Shown here: in pieces, positions 9,847 through 20,248 of the stretch | How the letters are laid out: every line of letters starts with the position of its first letter | Numbering within the stretch: the stretch's first letter is position 1 | Assembly: GCA_040222015.1 (NCBI GenBank) | Contig: JAVJWO010000179.1 | Span: forward strand, 26,751-90,750 | Origin: Coleofasciculus chthonoplastes F2-STO-03 | GTDB lineage: Bacteria; Cyanobacteriota; Cyanobacteriia; Cyanobacteriales; Coleofasciculaceae | Length of the DNA: 64,000 bases | Direction: 5' to 3' | The notes under the pieces: model-generated | Databases searched by the model: none | What the model was told of the DNA's origin: nothing | The model's input: the letters and a program-made list of their open reading frames with translations, nothing else | Position numbers and translations under genes: made by a program

Positions 9847-12800
9847 GTGATCCCCATCAACCTCGACCCAATCATCACTGCAATCAGCGCGATCGCACGT
9901 CCAGCCGCCCCCATACTCAAAAATAAGCTAGAACGCGACGAAACCGTCATCAAACTCCTGAAAAAATTTAATCTCGATCCCGAACATCCCCATCCTGACT
10001 TTACCAGTATTTATCAATACGCCTTTGTCGAATATGGCATCGGCAAACCCCAGCCAATTCTCCAACTATTCCGCCAAAAAGAGATTCAACAGGCTTTTCG
10101 CCAAGCCTTCGATCGCAATAACCCCTCCATTCTCCTGCAACAAGGGGAAGCCTTTCTCGACGGATACGCCTTAGGGGATGAAATCCGAGAATTAAGAATT
10201 GACCCCAAGCGCGAATTTGCCGCATTTGCTACCGTATTCATTGAAGTCGCCAAGCGATCGCGCACTCCAGCAGACGTTCTCACCAACCAGAAAATCGACT
10301 CCTTACATAAATCGATGAGAACCCTGCATCAACGGTTGGATAGACTCCCCACCTTAACCGGAATTCGCACCGAGATAGCGCGGTTGGCGACACAAGAATC
10401 TCTATTATCCGCCCAGGAATCATCAACCGAAATCCCTTGTCGGGCGTTTGGTTTAGCCCAAAAGATGAAAGGCTGGTTTGAAACCCTGGGTTATGACTTT
10501 GAACCCTATCAAATCTGGGATGATGCTTATGTTGAATGGATTGTCAACATTCCCGCCCGACGCGGATATGACCGAATTTTGGTCAGGGGGATTGAGGGAG
10601 AAGCCGGAATTCGGGATGTCACCGCCCTGCGAGAGTCAGTGGATACTCAACGCACTGATGAAGGCTGGTTAGTCACCCCACGCCGCATCAGTCGCGCCGC
10701 CCGTGATGCCGTGGAAACGCGGGAAAATCGTGATTTATTTTGTTACACCTTTGATGAATTATTGGATGAAGCCGCAGATTTTCGGGAGTATTTGAACTGG
10801 TTAGAAACAGAGGTAAAACGGCGAGGAATCGATCAAAAGTATGTGCCGTTAGCTTGCAGCAAAGCAGAGATTGATCCGATTACCCAGCGTCAAATTGCCG
10901 TGAGTCGTTACGATGAACGCGATGGCTGGATTGACGGGTATATTGACCTCTGGTTAGATGACCCAACCAAAGAGCATATCTCAATTTTGGGAGAATTTGG
11001 CACAGGCAAAACCTGGTTTGCCTTTCACTATGCCTGGATAGCATTACAACGCTATCAGGAAGCTAAAAAACGCGGCGTTTCCCGTCCTCGCTTACCCTTA
11101 GTGATTACCCTGCGCGACTATGCCAAAGCTGTTGATGTAGAAAATGTTCTCGCGGGTTTCTTTTTTAGTCAGCATAACATTCGCCTGAATAGCAAAGTCT
11201 TTGATCAACTCAATCGCATGGGAAAATTGCTGCTCATATTCGATGGCTTTGACGAAATGGCAGCCAAGGTTGATCGCCAGCAAATGATTAACAATTTCTG
11301 GGAATTGGCGAAGGTAGTCGTACCCGGAAGCAAAGTTCTTTTAACCTGTCGCACCGAACATTTTCCCGAAGCTAAAGAAGAGCGGGCGTTGCTGAATGCG
11401 GAATTACAAGCCTCGACTGCGAATTTGACCGGGGAATCGCCTCAATTTGAAGTGCTGGAATTGGAAAAGTTTGAGGATGAGCAAATCCGTCAATTGTTGT
11501 CATTTCAAGCTCAACCTGCCACCGTTAATCAGGTGATGAAAAATCCGCAGTTATTGGATTTAGCCCGTCGTCCAATCATGACGGATTTGATAGTGGAAGC
11601 CTTACCAGATATTGAAGCAGGTAAACCTGTGGATATGTCCAGGATTTATCTGTATGCCGTGTGGCGCAAGATGGAACGGGATATTAAAGCCGAACGCACG
11701 TTTACATCGTTGGCAGATAAGCTTTATTTTCTGTGCGAGTTGGCGTGGGAGATGTTGTAAACGGATCAGATGAGTTTAAATTATCGGCAATTTCCTGATC
11801 GCATTCGTCGGTTATTTGGTTCAGTGGTTCGGGAGGAAAAGGATTTAGATCACTGGCATTATGACATGATGGGGCAATCGATGCTGGTTCGTAATGCAGA
11901 TGGCGATTATACTCCAGCACATCGTTCGCTATTGGAGTTTTTTGTGGCGTATAAATTTGCCGCCGAGTTGGGGGTATTGGCGGCTGATTTTACTAAGTTG
12001 GCTCAAGCCCAATCTGATATTAATGAAAGTGCTACGCCTGAAAATTATACCTGGTCATCTTATTTTCACCGTCAGATCAATGAGGCGGGGGATATGATTT
12101 ATATTGCGCCGTTAAAGGGATTTAAGAGTGAGTCACTAGCGCATTTATGTCAAACATTAGGACAAGCAAAGTTGACGAAGGCGGTGATGGATTTGATTAT
12201 ACCGATGGTTGATTTAACCTCTCCAACTCCGCTGCTGGAAATTCTGGAAGCGACACAGGGTAAAAGTGAAGATGAAGTGGGATATGTTGGGGGGAATGTG
12301 GCGACACTACTGGTGAAGGTTGATCAGAGTGCGTTGGAAGGTAGAGATCTCAGCCATGCAGTTATTAAAAGCGCTGATTTTACAAGTGTTAGTTTGCGCG
12401 ATGTAAATTTCACTAAAACAAATCTAACTGACTCTTTGTTTGGTAAGAATTTAAGCACTATTTGGTCTGTGGCATTTAGTCCAGATGGACAAGTTTTAGC
12501 TACAAGTGATAATAGTGGTAGAATTCACCTATTTTCAACTAAAAACTACAGAGAATTTTTAACCTGTCAAGGAAGTATAAATCCTGTTTACTCAGTTACA
12601 TTTAGTCCTGATGGAAAAGTCATTGCTGGTGGTGGTACTGAAAAAATACTGAAGTTTTGGAATACCATTACTGGTAAATGCATCAAAAAAATTCATGGAC
12701 ATAGTAATTCAATATCATCCGTTAACTTCAGTCCTATTGGTGACATCGTTGTTAGTGGTGGTTGTGACAATACGGTAAGGTTATGGGATGTCAATACTGG

Positions 12801-14307
12801 TCAATGCCTAAGAGTTTTTCATGGTCATGAAGGTACTGTGAATGCAGTAGTTTTTAGTTCAGACGGCATAGTAATTTATAGTGCTAGCAATGACGGTACG
12901 GTAAGGTTATGGGATGTCAATACTGGTCAATGCCTGAAAGTTTTTCAGATGCATGAAGGTTGGGTAAAGTCAGTAGCCTTTAGTTCAAACAGGAAACTGC
13001 TTGCCACGGGAGGTGAAGATAAAACAGTAAGACTATGGGATGTTAATACTGGTAAGTGCTTAAAGATATTGGAAGGACATAATTTTTTTGTATGTTCAGT
13101 AGTTTTCAGTCCAGATGGAGAGATATTAGCTAGTGGTAGTCATGATCATACAGTGCGATTATGGAATGTTAATACTGGTCAATGCCTAATAATTCTGAAG
13201 GGACATGACGGTTGGGTTCAAGCTATCTTTAGTCCAGATGGGAAGACTGTTGCTACTTACGGTCGTGACCAGGCAGTAAGGCTGTGGGATACCAGTACTG
13301 GTCACTGCTTAAAAAGCCTGCAAGGATTAAATAATTGGATATATTCTGTTGCATTCAGTCCAGATTCCAATACTGTTGTTAATAGTAGTAGCGATAAAAC
13401 ATTAAAATTATGGAATACAAAAACTGGTAAATGCTTAAAAATTTTTCCGGGGCATACAAAAGAGATACATTCAGTAACTTTTAGTCCGGATGGTCATTTA
13501 CTTGCCAGTGGTAGTCATGACGGAACAGTTCGTTTGTGGGAAGTTAGTACAGGTAAATGTTTGAAAAAAATCCTAACTCATAATTGGGTGGCTGCTGTTG
13601 TATTTAGTCCAAATGGTAAGACCATTGCTAGTGGCGGTAGTGATGACATAATTGAAATTTGGGATATAGATACAACTAAATGTCTAAAAAAACTTTGTGG
13701 TCATACTAATTGGATATTTTCAGTTGCTTTTAGTCCAGATGGAGAATTGCTGGTTAGTGGTAGTGGTGATACAACAATAAGGATATGGAATATTAAATTT
13801 GGTATATGTATCAAAGTATTAAACACAAACATGGGTTGGATAAGGTCAGTTAATTTTAGTCCAAATGGACAAATTATTGCTAGTGGGGGTTCCAATGGAA
13901 CAGTTGGCTTATGGGATACTAGCACAGGTAAAATTCTAAAAGCATGCCAAGGTCATACTGATATAGTAGAGTCAGTGACTTTTAGTCCAGATGGTAATAT
14001 TCTTGCTAGTGGTAGTCGTGATCGAACAGTAAGGCTCTGGGATGCTAAAACAGGTGAATATTTCAAAGTGCTGCGGGGTCACACAGATGAGATACATTCA
14101 GTTGCATTCAGCCTAGATGGTAAAACTATTGCTAGCGGTAGTGAAGATAATTCACTTAAGCTCTGCGATGTTCAGACAGGTGAATGTCTGAAAACACTAA
14201 GGGATAGACCCTATGAGGGAATGAATATTACGGGGGTTATCGGTTTAACCGAAGCCGAGAAAACCACACTCAAAACTTTCGGTGCAGTAGAACTAACAAA
14301 AGATTAA
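9847..14307 (+). pseudogene. NACHT NTPase - pentapeptide - WD40 repeat protein, interrupted by an in-frame TAA at 11758-11760
   Basis: ORFs 9847-11760 and 11770-14307 share a frame (EML*TDQMSLNYR). Walker A GEFGTGKT, Walker B LLIFDGFDEM, pentapeptide stretch near 12330-12440, about 14 WD40 repeats. Confidence 0.85.
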
Positions 14308-14375
14308 GAATTTGGAAACCCGCGCAGGCGGGTTTTGTTTGTGTAGCTGCGGTTTCAACCGCCCAGCCAGTTTTC

Positions 14376-14482
14376 ACTGCAATAATTACCCCGTCGTGCA
14401 GTTCATAGCGATGTTCTGAATTCTCTGGATACCAGGCAATAAATTCGTCAAATGTTAATTGTTTCGGTATAGCTTGAATCAT
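14376..14482 (-). pseudogene. Uma2-family endonuclease N-terminal fragment
   Basis: MIQAIPKQLTFDEFIAWYPENSEHRYELHDGVII is a typical Uma2 start; it then runs into a REP-like repeat. Confidence 0.7.
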
Positions 14483-14627
14483 CGTCCCACAACCTGAACA
14501 ATACCTGAGTTATATCATGTCCGCTTGAATACCCACAATCAGGACTGACATTTCAGACGCGGAGCAATTTTTACAGCGTTTTGCAGCATTTTTCTAATCT
14601 CACAATTAAGGTGTGCCACACCACTAT

Positions 14628-14751
14628 TACAGTGTGGCAGAAATAACTGACCCGCTAACATCTCCCCTTGCTCGCCATAGTTCCACGCCTAGGAGTCTCT
14701 ACAACCCCTGATTGCACAAAGGTGGTCAGTTACTTTTGCCGTCATGCACTA
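14628..14751. mobile_element. MITE with terminal inverted repeats
   Basis: GGCAGAAATAACTGACC (14636-14652) pairs with GGTCAGTTACTTTTGCC (14724-14740) with 2 mismatches. A related element is at 31832-31953. Confidence 0.6.
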
Positions 14752-14826
14752 ATATCAACAGGGGAAGCCATCGCTACAATTAAAACGGCGTTGTCCACCC
14801 CAAATCATGCGATCAATGAAACCCCC

Positions 14827-14956
14827 TAAGTAGTCGGACAAAAGAAAACGTCACTGTACTAAGTTTTGTAAACAAACCTTAAACCCTTACAAATGACAAA
14901 TGACAAATGACGAATGACGATTTTCACCGTTCACTTTAAGTATGTCCACCTACTTA
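14827..14956. mobile_element. MITE (TAAGTAG..GGACA TIRs) containing TGACAAA repeats
   Basis: TAAGTAGTCGGACA ... TGTCCACCTACTTA, 14-bp TIRs with 2 mismatches. Confidence 0.65.
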
Positions 14957-15738
14957 TGAAAGAACCACTGATTGAACTAAAGGGAGTCTCCAAGTCCTTT
15001 GGGGGTAACGTCATCCTGGATAATGTTGATCTGACGATTTATCAGGGCGAAGCCTTAGGTATCATTGGACCCTCTGGGACGGGTAAATCTACGATTCTAC
15101 GCATGATGGCGGGTTTAATGCCCCTGGATGAGGGTGAAATCTATGTGCAAGGACAAAAGCGTTCGGGTTTAATTGAAGATGCCAAAGACCCAATTGGCAT
15201 CGGTATGGTGTTCCAGCAGTCTGCTCTGTTTGACTCCCTAAGTATCCGTGAAAATGTGGGGTTTTTTCTTTACCAGCATTCTAAACTGTCTGAGGAGCGC
15301 ATTCGGGAATTAGTAGATGAGAAGCTAGAGATGGTGGGGTTACCCGGAATTGCCGATCAGTATCCGGCTGAACTCTCAGGCGGGATGCGTCGGCGAGTGA
15401 GTTTTGCCCGGGCGATTATGACTAACCCGGATAATCCCCAAGACAACCCGGAAATTTTACTCTATGACGAACCCACGGCTGGACTTGATCCGATCGCGTC
15501 TACTGTGATTGAAGATTTAGTTCGTCAACTGCAATGTGTTGAAGGCGGATGTAAGACTTACGTAATGGTCACTCACCAAGATAGTACCATTCGCCGTACC
15601 GCTGACCGAGTTGTGTTTCTCTACAAAGGCAAGGTACAGTGGCAAGGTTCTATCGGCGAGATTGATACAACCGATAATCCTCTGGTGCGACAATTTTTCA
15701 GTGCCAGTACCAGCGGACCAATTCAGGTGGTTGGTTAG
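14956..15738 (+). CDS. MlaF/TGD3-like ABC transporter ATP-binding protein
   Basis: GPSGTGKST, LSGGMRRRV and LLYDEPTAGLDP motifs; next to an MlaD gene. Start set at MKEPLIELK. Confidence 0.9.
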   Translation: MKEPLIELKGVSKSFGGNVILDNVDLTIYQGEALGIIGPSGTGKSTILRMMAGLMPLDEGEIYVQGQKRSGLIEDAKDPIGIGMVFQQSALFDSLSIRENVGFFLYQHSKLSEERIRELVDEKLEMVGLPGIADQYPAELSGGMRRRVSFARAIMTNPDNPQDNPEILLYDEPTAGLDPIASTVIEDLVRQLQCVEGGCKTYVMVTHQDSTIRRTADRVVFLYKGKVQWQGSIGEIDTTDNPLVRQFFSASTSGPIQVVG

Positions 15739-15833
15739 GATAAAGGCAAGGGCTTGATCGGTCATTTGCCATTGTCATCTATCCCGGCAAATGCCCGCCA
15801 ATTTACCACATAAGGGTACAGTGAGGAGAAACC

Positions 15834-17237
15834 ATGCGATCGCGAACCATTAGAGAAGGCTCCGTTGGCTTATTAATTCTAGTTGGACTCGCCGTGCTTG
15901 CTGGCTTGGCGATTTGGATTCGGGGTTTGAAGTTTGGCAATCGCAGTTACAGCTTTGTCGTTAATTTTCCTAACGTCGCTGGGATGAAAGAAGGAGCCAC
16001 TGTGCGCTATCGGGGGGTTGATGTGGGCAACATTACTGATATTCAAGCCACAACCAACGGCGTTGATGTCACCATCGAAATTGCATCAGAAGACTTAGTG
16101 ATCCCAGAGGATGTTGCCATTGAAGCCAATCAATCGGGTTTAATTGGCGAAACCTCGGTAGATATTACCCCACTTCGGGAAGTGTCCTCGAATATTCAGT
16201 CGATGAACCCTCTGAAGTCTGAATGCAATTCGGATGTGATTATTTGTAGTGGTGAGCAGATTGAGGGTGAGATTGGGGTTAGCTTTATTGAACTTCTCCG
16301 CAATACTGAGCGCTTAACCACCATCTATACCGATCCGCTATTTTTTAATAACATCAACTCTCTCGCCCAAAATGCCTCCCTCGCCGCCAGTGGTATCGCT
16401 CAACTTGCGGGTGAATTATCCTTATTATCGCGTTCCGTGCGTCAAGAAGTCGGCGGATTTTCTCAGGCGTCTGATGCGATCACCACAGCGGCTACCCAGA
16501 CAACTCAACGCATTGGCGATACAGCGGATCAATTTAGTCAGACAGCTGTGCAACTCAATCGATTAATTGCCTCAACAAATGATTTAGTCACCAGAAATCG
16601 AGCAGTTTTAGTCGGAACGTTAACCAGTGTGAGTCAAACCAGCGAACAGTTGGGCGTTCTGTTAAGCGACTTGAGACCAACTCTAGAAAATGTCAACACG
16701 ACGATTGATTTAGTCAATGCACAAGTCGATCAAGCGGATGTCAGCACCATCATTGAAAACGTCGAAACCGCCTCCGAAAATTTAGTCGCCCTCTCCGCTA
16801 ATGCGGCTGAGGTATCTGCTGACTTACGTGATATCTCCAATTCTCTGGACAGTCCCAGCACTGCTATCGTATTGCAACAGCTATTAGATTCAGCACGGGT
16901 AACCTTTGAAAATACGCAAAAGATTACATCAGATTTGGAAGATTTAACGGGTGATCCGGCGTTCCGTCAAAATCTAAAAGAGTTAGTCAATGGACTTAGT
17001 GAACTTGTTTCTTCCACGGAACAATTGGAACAGCAAATTGAGGTGGCACAAGTTGTCGAAGCCGCCAGTGCTGAAATTACAACGGCGGCGGTTCAGGTCG
17101 TGGATAAATCCCGTGAGCTTAATCCACAATCTATTGATGAGGAGTTAACTAAGTCTAAACATCGACTGAATCACCATCACCATATCCTGAAAAAATTGCC
17201 GCCAATTCCTAAAAAGTCAGTGGTGGATACGGATTAA
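15834..17237 (+). CDS. MlaD/MCE-family (TGD2/Ycf22-like) protein
   Basis: MRSRTIREGSVGL anchor, MCE motif GATVRYRGVDVG..., QSGLIGETSVDITP, long helical C-terminus. Confidence 0.9.
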   Translation: MRSRTIREGSVGLLILVGLAVLAGLAIWIRGLKFGNRSYSFVVNFPNVAGMKEGATVRYRGVDVGNITDIQATTNGVDVTIEIASEDLVIPEDVAIEANQSGLIGETSVDITPLREVSSNIQSMNPLKSECNSDVIICSGEQIEGEIGVSFIELLRNTERLTTIYTDPLFFNNINSLAQNASLAASGIAQLAGELSLLSRSVRQEVGGFSQASDAITTAATQTTQRIGDTADQFSQTAVQLNRLIASTNDLVTRNRAVLVGTLTSVSQTSEQLGVLLSDLRPTLENVNTTIDLVNAQVDQADVSTIIENVETASENLVALSANAAEVSADLRDISNSLDSPSTAIVLQQLLDSARVTFENTQKITSDLEDLTGDPAFRQNLKELVNGLSELVSSTEQLEQQIEVAQVVEAASAEITTAAVQVVDKSRELNPQSIDEELTKSKHRLNHHHHILKKLPPIPKKSVVDTD

Positions 17238-17352
17238 GGAGAGCAGGGGGAGCTGGGGGAGCTGGGGAAGCTGGGGAAGCTGGGGACAAATGACGAATGA
17301 CGAATGACGAATGACGAATGACGAATGACGAATGACGAATGACGAATGACGA
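17238..17352. repeat. Tandem GGGG(A/G)AGCT nonamers followed by (TGACGAA)n heptamers
   Basis: Directly visible. Confidence 0.9.
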
Positions 17353-17383
17353 TCTGTGCCGTTAACTTTTATTGTCCTTAATG

Positions 17384-17713
17384 TTAAGTCCAGTCATCTT
17401 GGCTCTCGACAGATTTAGGTTGCTTATAAACGTGACCCTGGCTGTGAATTTGACGGGTTAACTCAAATAACCTGTCTTCGGTTAAACTCCACTGCTGGAG
17501 AATCCGTTCGAGCCCCTGTTGAATCTCTCTAGCGCCAGGAAACCGAGAATAGCGAATCCGTAATCGCGCCAATTCGGTCAACTGATAATCTGTCGGATCT
17601 GCTTTGATTTCCAAGAGACGATCCACTAGGGCGCGATCGCTCTTTTCTTGGGGATGTTGTTGGTCTTTGTTTTCTAAGATTGATGACATAATTGTACTTG
17701 ACTTTTTTGCCAT
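17384..17713 (-). CDS. DUF3288-like conserved cyanobacterial protein
   Basis: DQQHPQ...ELARLRIRYSRFPGAREIQ motif. Confidence 0.8.
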   Translation of the reverse strand: MAKKSSTIMSSILENKDQQHPQEKSDRALVDRLLEIKADPTDYQLTELARLRIRYSRFPGAREIQQGLERILQQWSLTEDRLFELTRQIHSQGHVYKQPKSVESQDDWT

Positions 17714-18059
17714 TATTCTTTATTAGTCCGCTTTAAGTTCCCCGCAAATGTTACAGAGTTTGAAGTTCTGTAACTTAATCCTCAAACAGATGAGAGTGCT
17801 GCGGTAAACTAAGCCTTAATCCATTGTCTGCCTTACTGCGATCGGCGAGAATACTCCTGTCATAATCGTTGATTAGACGGCGAGAGCGATCGCCCGTGTG
17901 TGAGCAGATCCATCTGCAATAATAGATTGCGTACTGTCACAGAACCTACCGTTAACTTGAATAAGGGATAACGGGGGCTTGTTAAAAGTTGGGACTGTGA
18001 CCACCTTACCTGAGTCATCAGGTAAACAGTATGCCATTAGAATCCCTGACTATCCCTAA

Positions 18060-18371
<312 letters not shown>

Positions 18372-18656
18372 GGGTATTTTGAGACCAATCTATACCATTG
18401 TAGGGATACAGGGGCATTGGTATTCGAGCTTTCGCTTGTATGGTAATGCTTCTGCATCTCTACTAAAAATTGCCAATTTTTCAGTAAATTTGAATACAAA
18501 AAGGCAAATTTCGTAGGGACACGATCTGCCGTGTCCCTCGGAAAAATGAATGAATAACGTATGATGAAAAGCTGATCACGGCTAAACCTGGCTTAAGTCA
18601 TGGTAATGATTCTTGACGTTCCCATGGGTTGCCCTCTAGCCTGTATCGAATAAGAT

Positions 18657-18899
18657 GTTCATGAACCGCATCTTACTTCGTGAAGACGCGGATTGCCAGA
18701 GATAACCTGGCAGTAGAGACCTTCCCTGGACGGTCTGTACATGAATAGGGCATGAGTTGGTAAGGGACAATCACTTCTGAACGTTTCTCTAGTTCAGCTT
18801 AAATGTAGGTTCAGGAATCTCTCTTGACTGGGTAAATCCAGGACACACCCTTGCCAATGCCTGAAGAGACGTAAACATTTACACGAGTGGATTATCTCT
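18657..18899 (+). ncRNA. Putative omegaRNA scaffold
   Basis: About 240 nt of multi-hairpin non-coding sequence directly upstream of a PLMP/RRXRR gene, the canonical position of the IscB/IsrB omegaRNA. Confidence 0.7.
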
Positions 18900-20130
18900 A
18901 TGAATCGTGTTCCAGTAGTTAGTAAAGAGGGAAAACCCTTGATGCCCACCAAGCCATCCAGGGCTAGGCGGTGGATAAAAGAGGGCAAAGCGGTCGGGAA
19001 ATGGTCGGACTTGGGCGTATACCACGTTCAACTTACCGCACCATCGCGCCTAGCAGTGCAACCGATTGCTGTTGGGGTAGATCCGGGAAAATCGTACTCT
19101 GGCGTCGGTGTCCAGTCGGCTAAATGTACCCTGCTACAATTGCATCTTATCCTTCCATTTGGTCGCGTTAAAAAGCGGATGGAGACCCGCGCCATGCTAC
19201 GACGGTCTCGGCGAGGCAGAAGGATTAACCGGGACGTTCCGTTTAAACTGCGTAACCACCGCCAATGCAGGTTCGACAATCGCAAACAGTGCAAACTCCC
19301 CCCATCCATTAAAGCCTCACGGCAGTTGGAGTTAAGGGTAGTCAAAGAGTTGGCGGCGATATTCCCGGTAACTGCAATTGGCTATGAGCGAGTTAGAGCT
19401 GACATAGACCAGACCAAACGCAAACGCGCCAAGTCGGGCAAAGGTTTCTCTCCGGTGATGACTGGTCAAAATTGGGCAATATCCCAGATGGAAAAAATCG
19501 CCCTTCGACAAGCTCAGGGTATCACCCCTGTCTACGTCCGCGAAGGCTTCTCAAAGGATGGGAACGGCACATCTCAACTCCGAAGCCAACTAGGTCTAGA
19601 GAAGGATAAGACCAACAAATCTATAGCCAAACCGGAGACCCACGCAGTTGATGGAGTGGCATTGGCTTGCGGGTATTTCATCAAGTATGTCCCGTTTAAT
19701 GGCTCTAACTCTCGCGGTTACACTCACTTTGGCAGCGTCAATATCACTCCCTCCCCATTCAACACCTCGGCTCCGCTCGGTGTTGACGCGCTCGCGGAGC
19801 CGAAGCGTCAAAATCATTACCCGTCCTGGCGCAGTAAAACGGGGGAAAGAGTATGGTTTTTTCCGCCGTCAATTGCACTTTGAAGTGCCGGACAAGTCAG
19901 GAAAAAGGAAGCGCAAAGGTGGGACAATCACCCCGTTTGGAGTTAGGATTGGTGACTTGGTAAAAGCCGAAAAAGCCGGAAAAGTCTATATTGGCTACGT
20001 CGGCGGATTCACTAAAACTAAAGATACCAAAAATATCTCTGTTTGTGACTACACCTGGAAACGTATTGGGCAATTTGCCCCCAGTAAAGTCGAGTTAATC
20101 AGGAGGAATAACGGCTTATGTGTAGCGTAA
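18900..20130 (+). pseudogene. isrB: IsrB-type RNA-guided nickase (PLMP/RRXRR plus split RuvC, no HNH), frameshifted
   Basis: KPLMPTKPSRAR; RuvC-I VGVDPGK; bridge helix RRSRRGRR; RuvC-II IGYERV; RuvC-III THAVDGVALA. The C-terminus (KIITRPG...RRQLH...GYVGGFT) is in another frame because of a 49-bp insert at 19761-19809. Confidence 0.8.
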
Positions 20131-20248
20131 AGGAGATGGACGTCTCCATTCTTCCAGCGTCCCGCTATCCCTCCTCGGATTACTTCGTTGAATCCGAGGA
20201 CTCCCGCGAACACGTTGAAGGCATAATGTTTGAGGAGTGAGCAGTTCA

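Larger units (their letters stand above)
18657..20214 (+). mobile_element. Non-autonomous IS200/IS605-superfamily element carrying isrB and omegaRNA
   Basis: Related subterminal hairpins CCGCATCTT-ACTTCGTG-AAGACGCGG (18666-18691) and CCTCGGATT-ACTTCGTTG-AATCCGAGG (20173-20199). No tnpA. It interrupts the psaC-glmS interval. The ends are inferred. Confidence 0.75.

Noticed and set aside
18900..20130. IscB/Cas9 or programmed frameshift
   Set aside because: No HNH or CxxC motifs between RuvC-II and RuvC-III. The frame change is explained by a 49-bp palindromic insert, not a slippery site.
20131..20248. glmS ribozyme
   Set aside because: No recognisable ribozyme core; the hairpin mirrors the left end of the isrB element.
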